In this document: positions 27,349-36,500 of the stretch, piece by piece | How positions within the stretch are numbered: the stretch's first letter is position 1 | How the letters are laid out: each line of letters begins with the position of its first letter | IMG/VR virus record: IMGVR_UViG_3300043399_000297 | Location: 124,001 to 188,000 of that record | Length of the DNA: 64,000 nucleotides | Direction: 5' to 3' (one strand) | The notes under the pieces: model-generated | What the model was told of the DNA's origin: nothing | What the model saw: only the letters and a program-made list of their open reading frames with translations | The model's database searches: none | Translations under genes and position numbers: made by a program

Positions 27349-27695
27349 CTACTAATGCATACCTCTTTATGTGGAATCAGTATGGTATTGAATCCATCAT
27401 TCCGATCACACAGTATGAAGATCAAAGTAAGCTTGACATGTGGAAGATTCTCAAGGAAGAACCTACAGGTAAGAATCCTCTTGATGAAATCATTAGTGCT
27501 ATGATGATGCGGGCCCGATTCAATACAGAGCGTAGTTTTGAAATCTATGCTATGGATTGTGAAGAAGGCATCACCGAAGAAAATCTGTGGGAATTTTGGG
27601 ATAATAGTCCTCAATGTGCTGCTGACCTAACTCGTCAAAAGGGTGTATGCATCTTTAGCAATCGTAATATGCTAAACGAAGTCAAGATTAGGTAA
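27345..27695 (+). CDS. hypothetical protein
   Basis: GGAG SD and ATGA overlap. Confidence 0.65.
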   Translation: MTTNAYLFMWNQYGIESIIPITQYEDQSKLDMWKILKEEPTGKNPLDEIISAMMMRARFNTERSFEIYAMDCEEGITEENLWEFWDNSPQCAADLTRQKGVCIFSNRNMLNEVKIR

Positions 27696-27703
27696 CTTTT
27701 CAA

Positions 27704-27732
27704 TTGACATTGTTTGCCCATTTTGCTATAAC
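27704..27732 (+). promoter_or_regulatory. sigma70-type early promoter TTGACA-N17-TATAAC
   Basis: Consensus -35 and 17-nt spacer; downstream TATAGCAAGGAGATA leader is shared with the 26942 gene. Confidence 0.7.
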
Positions 27733-27757
27733 AAATATATAGCAAGGAGATATTGAA

Positions 27758-27940
27758 ATGTCCGACTTTGATACATTGTTTGACCTATTGAAGATTCGTT
27801 ACAAGAACGATGCTGATCCTAGTCGCAGTGCATATCTATATCTCGCTCATCTGTTTCGTACCCACGTTCCAGAAGATGCAATGAAGTTTTACATTAAAAA
27901 TACCGAAAAAGCTATAATTATTAACACTCTCAAAGCTTGA
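27758..27940 (+). CDS. small early hypothetical protein
   Basis: AAGGAG SD. Confidence 0.6.
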   Translation: MSDFDTLFDLLKIRYKNDADPSRSAYLYLAHLFRTHVPEDAMKFYIKNTEKAIIINTLKA

Positions 27941-27951
27941 GGAAATACAAG

Positions 27952-28158
27952 ATGGGATATCGTGTTCTTAATCGCACTGATCGTGACAAGTATCAGCCTC
28001 GCAAGGGTCTTGAAGGTCCGTTCTTCTATCCTAATGGTCGTGTGACATATTACGATCCGATTGAGGGCGCGTATTGGGACCCTACAACCGACTTTTACCT
28101 CTCTTATGAGGAACAAGTTGAGCTACAAAATATGATTTTTGACAAACTTAAGGCTTGA
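27952..28158 (+). CDS. small hypothetical phage protein (LEGPF...YYDP.EGAYWDP)
   Basis: GAGG SD before ATG 27952. Confidence 0.65.
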   Translation: MGYRVLNRTDRDKYQPRKGLEGPFFYPNGRVTYYDPIEGAYWDPTTDFYLSYEEQVELQNMIFDKLKA

Positions 28159-28183
28159 CATTTCAAGCCTACCGTTGTATAGT
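28155..28183 (+). promoter_or_regulatory. sigma70-type promoter TTGACA-N17-TATAGT
   Basis: Near-consensus elements. Confidence 0.75.
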
Positions 28184-28214
28184 GATACATAAGCTTAAAA
28201 CTTAGGAGTAAATT

Positions 28215-29468
28215 ATGGCTCGTCGTGCAATCGTTACTAAGGTTCGCAAGCCCAAGAAGACCACAGTTCGTGTTGGTAAGAAGGGTGTTGCCCTCGCTTC
28301 GTCTGGTAATACACTTACGAAGGATTTTCGCCCTAAGGATAGTGATGTTCTGCGGTATGGTCCTGAACCCAGCTTCACTGACAGCCAGCCCATTGAGGAA
28401 CAGCGTCAGTCTATTCTTTCCGACGCATATAATTGGTATTCGCGTTTCTGCACTCACAAGGATTCCAAGCTGTTCCTAATTCAGTATCTTGAAGATACTA
28501 ATATGAGCAAGGATGTTGTCAAGTTAGTGCGTAAGGCCCCTGACAATCGTATGGTTACGACTGCTGGTTGGGCTGCTCGTTGCGCTACTCGTGGTCTTGT
28601 TCTGACCGAGAAGCAGAAGAATTATATTCAGGCTTGTGTTGATCGTCTAGTTGACTTTGCTAAGGCTGGTGTTAAGGACGAGCCTGCCGAAGGCGAAGAA
28701 ACTGTTGTTGAAAAGCCCAAGCGCACTGTCAACATTCAGGAAGTGATGCGTGAAAAGGCTGATGAAGCACTGAGTGATGTTGAAGCACTGTTTGATGAAT
28801 TCATCACTGCCGGTTGCCCCAAGGACTTTTCTGTAGACAAGAAGATCATTGGTTTTCTGACTAGCCGCAATGTTCTCCCCCAACACATTGCCAACGCTAT
28901 CAAGCGTTATACTAGCCTGCTTAACGAGTATAATGAAGCAGTTGCTGGTAACGATGACCAAGTCAAGGAAGCATATTCCAGCTATGGTAAGATGCAGTTG
29001 CGCTATACCGTCAAGTTTATTGAAGATATCATTGCAGAACTGAATGGTTATATCGGTCTTAAGCAGGCTACGAAGAAGGTTCGTGCTAAGAAGGTTGTTC
29101 CGGTTGAGAAGGTCGTGGCGAAGGTAAAGTTCCAAAAAACCAACGATGCACTTGGTATCACAAGTGTCAGTCCCGTCAAGCTGCATCAGTGCGCCGAGGC
29201 GTTCCTGTATGATACTGCTAAGCGCAAGATCATTTGGTTGGTTGCTGACGAGTATAGTAAGTGCTTGATTGTCAAGGGCAATGCAGTAATTGGGTTTGAC
29301 AAGAAAAAGAGTATGAGCAAGACTGTTAGGAAACCGGAAGAGTTCCTTAAGGGAATGATGAGCGCAAGTCGCCCGAACACTCGCAAGATGATTGACGATA
29401 TCAAGGCAGTTGCAGCGATCCCGAATGGTCGATTCAATGAGAATATTGTTATCCTTAAGGTTTGGTGA
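28215..29468 (+). CDS. hypothetical basic phage protein (417 aa)
   Basis: Strong SD, biased codon usage, C-terminal KTVRKPEE...NGRFNEN..ILK motif. Confidence 0.8.
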   Translation: MARRAIVTKVRKPKKTTVRVGKKGVALASSGNTLTKDFRPKDSDVLRYGPEPSFTDSQPIEEQRQSILSDAYNWYSRFCTHKDSKLFLIQYLEDTNMSKDVVKLVRKAPDNRMVTTAGWAARCATRGLVLTEKQKNYIQACVDRLVDFAKAGVKDEPAEGEETVVEKPKRTVNIQEVMREKADEALSDVEALFDEFITAGCPKDFSVDKKIIGFLTSRNVLPQHIANAIKRYTSLLNEYNEAVAGNDDQVKEAYSSYGKMQLRYTVKFIEDIIAELNGYIGLKQATKKVRAKKVVPVEKVVAKVKFQKTNDALGITSVSPVKLHQCAEAFLYDTAKRKIIWLVADEYSKCLIVKGNAVIGFDKKKSMSKTVRKPEEFLKGMMSASRPNTRKMIDDIKAVAAIPNGRFNENIVILKVW

Positions 29469-30072
29469 TCGTCTTGCACGAATCCCCGTGCCATCTGACG
29501 AAATTACCCTTGTTAACTGTCTTCCCGCAGTGTTCGCAAGTTAATTGATACTCTGGTTTGCACATTGGATTATTTTTCCCGGTCTTGTTAGCGTTTAGTG
29601 CCGACAGGGCCGGGTTTTTCTTCCCACGCATTGCACTCGGTTTCCCATACATTGGATTCTTCTCGCCTAAGTTTTCCGAGTTGCGTCTACTAAGTTCGGG
29701 GTTCTTGGTACCGAACATAGGATGTTTTTCTCCCTGGCGTTTTCTATTTCTCTCTGCTGTATCAGGGCGAGACTTCCCAAAACAAGGATGATTTACCCCT
29801 GCTTCGGAACCGCCTGTTTCCGGTATACGGTTGGCCCACTCATCGCTTTCTACAACGTTCCATAGTTCGGAATAATATACGCCCCAGGTTGTCAGTTCTT
29901 CTTTAGTTTGGCACTCTTTCAATATCACTGTAGTTACATCATTTCCGTGTTCAAGGATATGAGGTATCCAATCAATGCCGGAACCTTTATATTTGAATGG
30001 ATCTTTTTCTGTTTTACCTAGGTATTGTAGACCGGTTTTGTTGTGGGTCTTCTTATACAAATAAATAGTCAT
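29455..30072 (-). CDS. free-standing GIY-YIG-type (Seg-like) homing endonuclease with NUMOD3-like repeats and a C-terminal zinc knuckle
   Basis: IYLY...YLGKT..Y.GSG..W...WAN..PETG; NPMYGK/HPMFG repeats; CEHC...RWH...C. Confidence 0.8.
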   Translation of the reverse strand: MTIYLYKKTHNKTGLQYLGKTEKDPFKYKGSGIDWIPHILEHGNDVTTVILKECQTKEELTTWGVYYSELWNVVESDEWANRIPETGGSEAGVNHPCFGKSRPDTAERNRKRQGEKHPMFGTKNPELSRRNSENLGEKNPMYGKPSAMRGKKNPALSALNANKTGKNNPMCKPEYQLTCEHCGKTVNKGNFVRWHGDSCKTITKP

Positions 30073-30140
30073 TGCTGATACTCCGCTATAGTGTTAGAGT
30101 GGTTAGATGCGTCAACATCGTGAACCACACTTTTATTTAG
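30073..30140 (-). promoter_or_regulatory. late promoter plus conserved two-hairpin leader of an endonuclease gene, copy 1
   Basis: Homologous to 33040-33107 and 61575-61640, with compensatory base changes. Confidence 0.8.
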
Positions 30141-30204
30141 TCCTTTTTACTTGACTTAGAACCATTAATCTAATATATTAAACAAATCATCAAAAGGAGT
30201 TATC

Positions 30205-30645
30205 GTGGGAAACAATGTCAATTTAAGTGAGTATGCAAAGTTTGTGTTGGCTGTATGCAGTGAACCTAGCAAGAATCTTACTGCGTATATGGATCGGCTT
30301 GACGAATTAGATGCAAACTATGATCCGAAGCTTATGGGGTATGGTCCGGACATCAATGTTCCTTTGCTATTAACCGCAGCTTTGGGTTTGGGATCGGAAT
30401 CCGGAGAATTCCAAGAAATCGTAAAGAAGGTCTATTTCCAAGGAAAACCAATGACGGATGAAACCGTCCATCACGCCAAGCGTGAACTCGGGGACATTAT
30501 CTGGTATTGGGCTAACGCTTGTAATGCGCTTGGTCTTGATCCTGACGATGTTATTGCAGAGAATGTCAAGAAGCTTGAAGCACGATATCCGGGTGGCAAG
30601 TTTGATGTTCACTATTCAGAAAATAGAAAGGACGGAGACCTGTAA
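30205..30645 (+). CDS. mazG: MazG-like NTP pyrophosphohydrolase
   Basis: GLGSESGEFQEIVKK...ELGDIIWY...N..KL.ARY. Confidence 0.9.
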   Translation: MGNNVNLSEYAKFVLAVCSEPSKNLTAYMDRLDELDANYDPKLMGYGPDINVPLLLTAALGLGSESGEFQEIVKKVYFQGKPMTDETVHHAKRELGDIIWYWANACNALGLDPDDVIAENVKKLEARYPGGKFDVHYSENRKDGDL

Positions 30646-30854
30646 TGGGTCTCGGTCCAAGTGTCTGTGGTAGATGTAGGGTATTTTCTAATTACGTGCC
30701 CAATGTGATTCCTAATAAGCGGGGATATTGGGTATGCCCAGTATGTGACCTAGAAACACACGATAGTCTATTTGAATTTACAAGGGACGATCAGCTAGTT
30801 ATAGAAATCAATACACAAATTATTAGAGAGAATAGAGGTCAGAGCGTTTCCTGA
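30645..30854 (+). CDS. small zinc-ribbon protein
   Basis: CGRC...CPVC. Confidence 0.55.
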   Translation: MGLGPSVCGRCRVFSNYVPNVIPNKRGYWVCPVCDLETHDSLFEFTRDDQLVIEINTQIIRENRGQSVS

Positions 30855-30879
30855 TAAATAAGATTAATAGGAAACAACT

Positions 30880-31665
30880 ATGGCAGCAGACCTTTTAGCA
30901 ACACCAAACAATTATGATCTTCAAGAATACAAGAATGCTCTCTTTGAAAATCTACGCCTGCGTTTAGGCGGAGATATCATTGATCTTGAGTTGGATCCGC
31001 AGCACTATGAAGCTGCCTACAACTATGCTATCAAACTATACAGGCAAAGAGCGCAGAACGCAACGATTGAAAGCTATACGCTTTTTATGGTTGAAAAGAA
31101 CGTATATGAGTATACGCTTCCGGAAGAATTCATCAACGTAAGATGCTTGTATCGTAGAACGGTGGGCTTGGAAACAGGTCCATCGTCCACTGCGTTTGAT
31201 CCATTCTCAAGTGCAATTCTCAACACCTATCTACTCAACTACAACTACACGGGCGGCCTTGCTACATACGACTTCTACGCTGGATATGTAGAGCTTACAG
31301 CACGTATGTTCGGTGGCTATCTCAATTATACATTCAACCCAGTAACCAAACTCTTGAAGATCGTGAGAGACTTTAAGGGCACAGGAGAGCGTGTTTTGAT
31401 TTGGGCTGACGTTCAGCGTCCTGAGTTAGAATTGTTGCAAGACCCGGGTGCCGGTGTATGGATCGGTGACTATATTCTTGCTATTCTAAAAGGGATCATT
31501 GGCGAAGCCCGTGAAAAGTTTCAGTCAATCGCCGGACCTGGTGGAGGCACATCATTAAATGGTTCTGCAATGAAGGCTGAAAGTAAGGCCGATCAGGAAC
31601 GGTTAATTATGGAACTTAAGGCTTATGTGGACTTTTCACAACCCCTGACATGGATACAGGGCTAA
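30880..31665 (+). CDS. neck / head-tail adaptor protein (T4 gp13-like)
   Basis: LRLG..IIDLELD, GEAREKF...GG.SLNG; late box at 30855. Confidence 0.85.
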   Translation: MAADLLATPNNYDLQEYKNALFENLRLRLGGDIIDLELDPQHYEAAYNYAIKLYRQRAQNATIESYTLFMVEKNVYEYTLPEEFINVRCLYRRTVGLETGPSSTAFDPFSSAILNTYLLNYNYTGGLATYDFYAGYVELTARMFGGYLNYTFNPVTKLLKIVRDFKGTGERVLIWADVQRPELELLQDPGAGVWIGDYILAILKGIIGEAREKFQSIAGPGGGTSLNGSAMKAESKADQERLIMELKAYVDFSQPLTWIQG

Positions 31666-31711
31666 ATTAACTTGGATTCACGGATGAGGACTACTATCGG
31701 GCAACACAAGG

Positions 31712-31740
31712 TTGACATTTTTAAAGAAATGTAATATCAT
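31712..31740 (+). promoter_or_regulatory. sigma70-type promoter TTGACA-N17-TATCAT, leaderless into ATG 31747
   Basis: ATG 6 nt after the -10; no SD. Confidence 0.7.
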
Positions 31741-31746
31741 ATAAGA

Positions 31747-32397
31747 ATGACAAATAAAATTATCTCCATCTCCGGATTGATAGGATCAGGAAAAGACACC
31801 GCCGCCGACTATCTCTGCACGGTACATGGTTTCAAGCGTATGAGCTTTGGTGCCAGTCTCAAGGACGCAGTAGCAGTCATTTTTAATTGGAATCGCGAAC
31901 TACTAGAAGGGTCAACTAAGACTAGCCGAGAATGGCGAGAAGAAGTTGACACTTGGTGGGCAGATCGTTTAGGCATTCCCAATCTAACTCCTCGTTGGGT
32001 ACTACAGCAATGGGGAACAGAAGTTGCTCGTAAGGGTTTCCATGATGAAATCTGGGTTGCGAGTGTAGAGAACAAACTTCTCAACAATAAAGATGATATC
32101 GTAATCACTGATTGTAGATTCCCCAACGAACTTACTGCTATCAAGAACGCAGGTGGTATCACAATGCGAACTCATAGAGGCAAGGCTCCCAATTGGTTAG
32201 ATATCGCTGCAATTATAAACACTACTACGGACGAAGCCGTAAAGATTCACTGTCTAGAGCAAATTGAAAAGTTCAACGTTCATGCTAGCGAGTATTCTAG
32301 CGTTGGTCTAGCGTATGATTATCATCTAGACAACAATAAGACGGTAACAGAATTGCACGAACAAATTGAGAGTATTTTACGCCAATCTACAATTTGA
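31747..32397 (+). CDS. deoxynucleoside monophosphate kinase (T4 gp1-like)
   Basis: GLIGSGKDT P-loop, TPRWVLQQWGTE, ITDCRFPNE, HASE. Confidence 0.92.
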   Translation: MTNKIISISGLIGSGKDTAADYLCTVHGFKRMSFGASLKDAVAVIFNWNRELLEGSTKTSREWREEVDTWWADRLGIPNLTPRWVLQQWGTEVARKGFHDEIWVASVENKLLNNKDDIVITDCRFPNELTAIKNAGGITMRTHRGKAPNWLDIAAIINTTTDEAVKIHCLEQIEKFNVHASEYSSVGLAYDYHLDNNKTVTELHEQIESILRQSTI

Positions 32398-33039
32398 ATT
32401 ATGCCAACGATTGAAGTTGCCCATGCCCGCTACTTTCTTATGACAGTGCGGGCATTCAAATACCGGGTCCTTTTTACCATACCTAACACTCTTTTCACCC
32501 AATTGTGAATTTCTTCTTTTCTCGTTTGATTCGGGAGTTTGAGTTTTTCCAAACATATGGTTATCAGGGCCTAATTGACAGGTCTTCATCCTAGCACTTT
32601 GATCTGGTCTTTTTCTACCAGTGAGTTTTTTACTATGCTCGGGTCTTTTTCTACCTATTTTAGGTAAGGCAGCTTTTCTCTTGTGTTCTTCTGTGTGTTT
32701 TCTACCGGCTTGTGCAATTCTAAGTTTTTCTTTAGTTTTTGCTGATCTGGGAACGCCAACCTTCCCACCAACTCCCCCGCCGGTTTCTGGAATTTTATTA
32801 GCCCATTCTGTGCTGTCTGCAACACTCCATAGCTTGCTGTAATATCTGCCCCAGTAGTTTAATTCTTCGTTGGATTGGCATTCCTTGAGGATTTCAGTAG
32901 TTACATCACACCCGTGTTCTTTGATATGCGGTACCCAATCTGTACCAGAACCCATATACTTATACGGGTCTTGGATAGTTTTTCCGAGATACTTGAATCC
33001 GGTTTTGTTGTGGGTTTTCTTGTACAAATAAATAGTCAT
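32377..33039 (-). CDS. free-standing GIY-YIG-type (Seg-like) homing endonuclease with NUMOD3-like repeats and a zinc knuckle; paralogue of 29455-30072
   Basis: MTIYLYKKTHNKTG..YLGKT N-terminus nearly identical to copy 1; CPHC...RWH..C. Confidence 0.8.
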   Translation of the reverse strand: MTIYLYKKTHNKTGFKYLGKTIQDPYKYMGSGTDWVPHIKEHGCDVTTEILKECQSNEELNYWGRYYSKLWSVADSTEWANKIPETGGGVGGKVGVPRSAKTKEKLRIAQAGRKHTEEHKRKAALPKIGRKRPEHSKKLTGRKRPDQSARMKTCQLGPDNHMFGKTQTPESNEKRRNSQLGEKSVRYGKKDPVFECPHCHKKVAGMGNFNRWHNSNCRLA

Positions 33040-33107
33040 AGCTGATACTCCTTGACAGTATTAGAGTAGTTGGGGATTGCCGTCCCGCGAACTACATCTT
33101 TATTTAT
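33040..33107 (-). promoter_or_regulatory. late promoter plus conserved two-hairpin leader, copy 2
   Basis: See copy 1; the TAAATA overlaps the stop of the 33100-33456 gene. Confidence 0.8.
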
Positions 33108-33456
33108 GCCAATCTACGAGCAAATCTCCGCGCTTCCAAGTTATCTCTTTGCGCTTCACTACCTCAACGCAATTGAGACAAATTGACCTAAGGTTAGTTA
33201 GATTGACATTAGTTAAGTCTCCGTCTATGTGGAATACAAGCATTTGCGTTGGGTAAGACGCTTTGAATCCGCAACATTCACATATTGTCTTTTTTTTGTA
33301 TCCAGCCTTCTCCCATATATAAAGTTGTGGCTTTTTCTTGGCCCTTTTCTTTCCGCAACTATCACATATACTGCGATAGTAGGTTTTGCCATTGCGGATG
33401 TAATTTATTGCGCAATAGTTCTTATTACATTCCTTGCATATGGGTCTTTTCAACAT
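33100..33456 (-). CDS. zinc-binding HNH-like protein
   Basis: Several CxxC pairs plus FHIDGDLTNVNLTNLRSICLNC. Confidence 0.7.
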   Translation of the reverse strand: MLKRPICKECNKNYCAINYIRNGKTYYRSICDSCGKKRAKKKPQLYIWEKAGYKKKTICECCGFKASYPTQMLVFHIDGDLTNVNLTNLRSICLNCVEVVKRKEITWKRGDLLVDWHK

Positions 33457-33519
33457 AACACTATTTAGTCATTTTCACCTTTAAAGGTTCCGTTAACCAC
33501 ACTTTTTTATGTTTTTTGC

Positions 33520-33595
33520 TAAATATCTCTAGAACCTTAGTAATCGTTACTAGGGCAGGTGGTAAACCTCATAATCATACGAAGGAAAAAATAAT
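33520..33595 (+). promoter_or_regulatory. late promoter plus two-hairpin leader of the tail sheath gene
   Basis: TAAATA 33520-33525; stems CCTTAGTAA/TTACTAGGG and AGGT/ACCT. Confidence 0.5.
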
Positions 33596-36500
33596 ATGGC
33601 ACTCGTTTCACCAGGTGTAGAAGTTACAATCATTGACGAATCTCAATATCTTCCAGCACCAACTAATACTATTCCATTCGTCTTGCTTGCAACTGCACAA
33701 GATAAAGCAAATCCAACTGGCACAGGCGTAGCATCAGGTACTACAGCCGCAAATGCTGGTAAGTTGTTCCAAGTAACAAGTCAGCGTGATCTTGTTGCTC
33801 TTTATGGAAACCCATTCTTCTACACAACTGCAAACGGTACTCCAATTCAGGGCTATGAACTTAATGAATATGGGCTGCTTGCTGCTTATTCTGCATTGGG
33901 TATCACAAATCGTGTATACTGCTTACGTGCAGACATTGATCTTGCAAGCTTAGTAGGACAAACTGGTAGACCAACTGGTAACCCTGCAAATGGTACATAT
34001 TGGTTAGACACTACTACATCAACTTGGGGCATTTATGAATTTGATTCAGTAACAGGAACATTTGCTCTGCAAACACCAATTGTAATTACTGATCCTGATC
34101 AAATAAGCGGAAGTTATCCCATTAACTCTTTGGGTGTAATTGGAAGTTATGCAGTAATTGCAATTCCTACATATGATTGGCCAAGCCAAACAGCCGCCGG
34201 ACAATTCTTTTATAAAAATGATGTTAATCAGTGGGTAAGAATTGGTACCGCTGAATGGTTAAACTCTTGGCCTACTGTTCAGGGCACACTAGCCCCAGGT
34301 TCTTTAACAATGAATAATGAGCTTACTATTACTTTAAGTGGTATGGCAACAGTGTCAGTATCAGTAAGTTCTTCGCCCGACAATACTGTAGCAGATTTGG
34401 TGAATCAAATCAATACATTTGCAAACGGTGGTAATTTGGGAAGTTTATTTGCTGCTTCAGTGAATGGTAAATTAGTTCTTTATTCCAGACAAACAGGCGG
34501 CGATATTACATCATCTGTTCCTTATGAGGTAACAATTGGCGGCACGGCAGGACTATTGACACAATTAGGAATTTCTGCGGGAACATATTATCAGCCTATA
34601 GTTTCTTATGGAACATCCGCTCAGCAGCCATTATGGCAACAAGGACAATCATATCCTGCACCAACTGGATCAGTTTGGATCAAGATAGGAACTGCAGGTT
34701 CAGGTTTAAATTCAGTAGTTTCTGAATTTAATTCTACTACTGCTAATTGGGTGGCAAAAACGGTATCTTACGCTACTGCTGACTGGAGCGCGATAGGCAG
34801 TCTCGATTCATCAGGTGGTAAAAATATTCCAGCAGGAACCGTATACGTACAATATGATTACGATACGAGAGTAACAGGTGGTATTATACAGAAATATCCG
34901 GCAACTCCTATCTATTATTGGGAAAGACTTGCAGAAGGCCCTACTGTAGTTACTGGGACTAACACCTCACCCTCATTCACAAATGGACCATATGATTTAT
35001 TAGTACAAATATCTGTTCCGGGAACGTCAACATTAGGCAATTATTACACGGTCGTCCTCGGCGATAACACTGATGCAGAAGATTTTGTAAATGCTTGGAA
35101 CACTGCTGCTATCCCATATACTATAGCATCTTTAACTTCGGCAGGAGCAATACAATTAACACACACGCAAGGAGGCGTGATTGTTCTAAGCGATATTCTT
35201 TGGGATACGACTGGTGTAAGTTCTGGTTTACTTGAAGAAGCCGGATTTGTACCGGGATCGACCTTAGGTGCAAAATACGGACCTGCTGTTATGACTATGC
35301 TTAATGCCGGTCAGGGCCCAAGCTATCCTGATTCTACTACAAGTGGAGTTGGATCAGGTTTCGAAATGACAATCAGAGGTCAATATCAAACTTATTATTT
35401 CGAGACAGATAACTTCGTTGATGCCGGCGGCGGATATGCAGTTGGTGACACTATAACAATCAATGGTTCATACTTAGGTGGTTCATCTGGAACAAATAAT
35501 TTGGTTGTTGCTGTTACAAGTGTAGACGCAGGAAATGGCAACGCTGTTACAGGCATTGCATACGTGTCAGGAACTGCTGCATTAACCTATCAAGTACAGT
35601 TATCAAATTGGGTAGAGTTTGATATGACTGCTAACGAGGGTTCACCTACACAGGCTCCTGATGATTTGACCAATTGGTTCTATAGTGTTGTTGATGAAGT
35701 AGACATTATGGTTAATACCACTAGCGGTTGGTATGGCTATAGAAACGTTTCATATGATAATAACGGTTTCCCCCTTCCTTCAGGTATTAATACTACTGAT
35801 CCAAACGGACCTATTGTAAGTGCAACTAAACCAACCACTCAATCAGATGGTACAGCACTTTCATACGGTGATCTTTGGATTGATACTAGTGATGTTGAAA
35901 ATTATCCAATTATTAATCGTTGGCAGTCTGTTAGCGGCGTAAATCAATGGGTAAGAATTGATAACACTGACCAAACATCATCAAAAGGTGTATTATTTGC
36001 TGACGCACGTTGGGCTACAAATGGAACTACTAATCCAGCAAACGATCCGATTCCGTCTATTGTGAGTTTGTTAACAAGCAATTACTTGGATCTTGGAGCT
36101 CCTGACGAAGATTTGTATCCAGTTGGTATGTTGTTGTTCAACACTCGACGTTCAGGATACAACGTCAAGCAATATCGTGTTAATTATTTTAACACTGATA
36201 GATTCCCTGATCAACCCATTCCTGATCAAACAGATGCTTGGGTAACTATTTCAGGCAATCAGTCAAACGGTAGTCCATATATGGGTCGTAAGGCACAGCG
36301 TGCAGTTGTAGTTAAGGCACTACGTGCAGCAATTGATACTAATAGCGCAATTCGCGACGAAGATAATCCATTCAACTTAACTGCTTGCCCTAACTATCCT
36401 GAATTGCAGCCTAATATGGTTGTTCTAAACAACGATAGAGGAAATACAGGTTTCATCGTCGGTGATACTCCAATGAGACTTCCAGATGATGCTACTGCAA

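Noticed and set aside
30073-30130. Endonuclease leader as a hammerhead ribozyme (CUGAU on the + strand)
   Set aside because: The core would need CUGANGA and GAAA. The copies read CUGAUAC or CUGAUUC within a stem, and there is no conserved GAAA or three-way junction.
29455-30140. Cassettes as group I introns or IS200/IS605 (IscB/TnpB) elements
   Set aside because: The flanking genes are uninterrupted, there is no room for an intron core, and the ORFs lack RuvC or transposase motifs.
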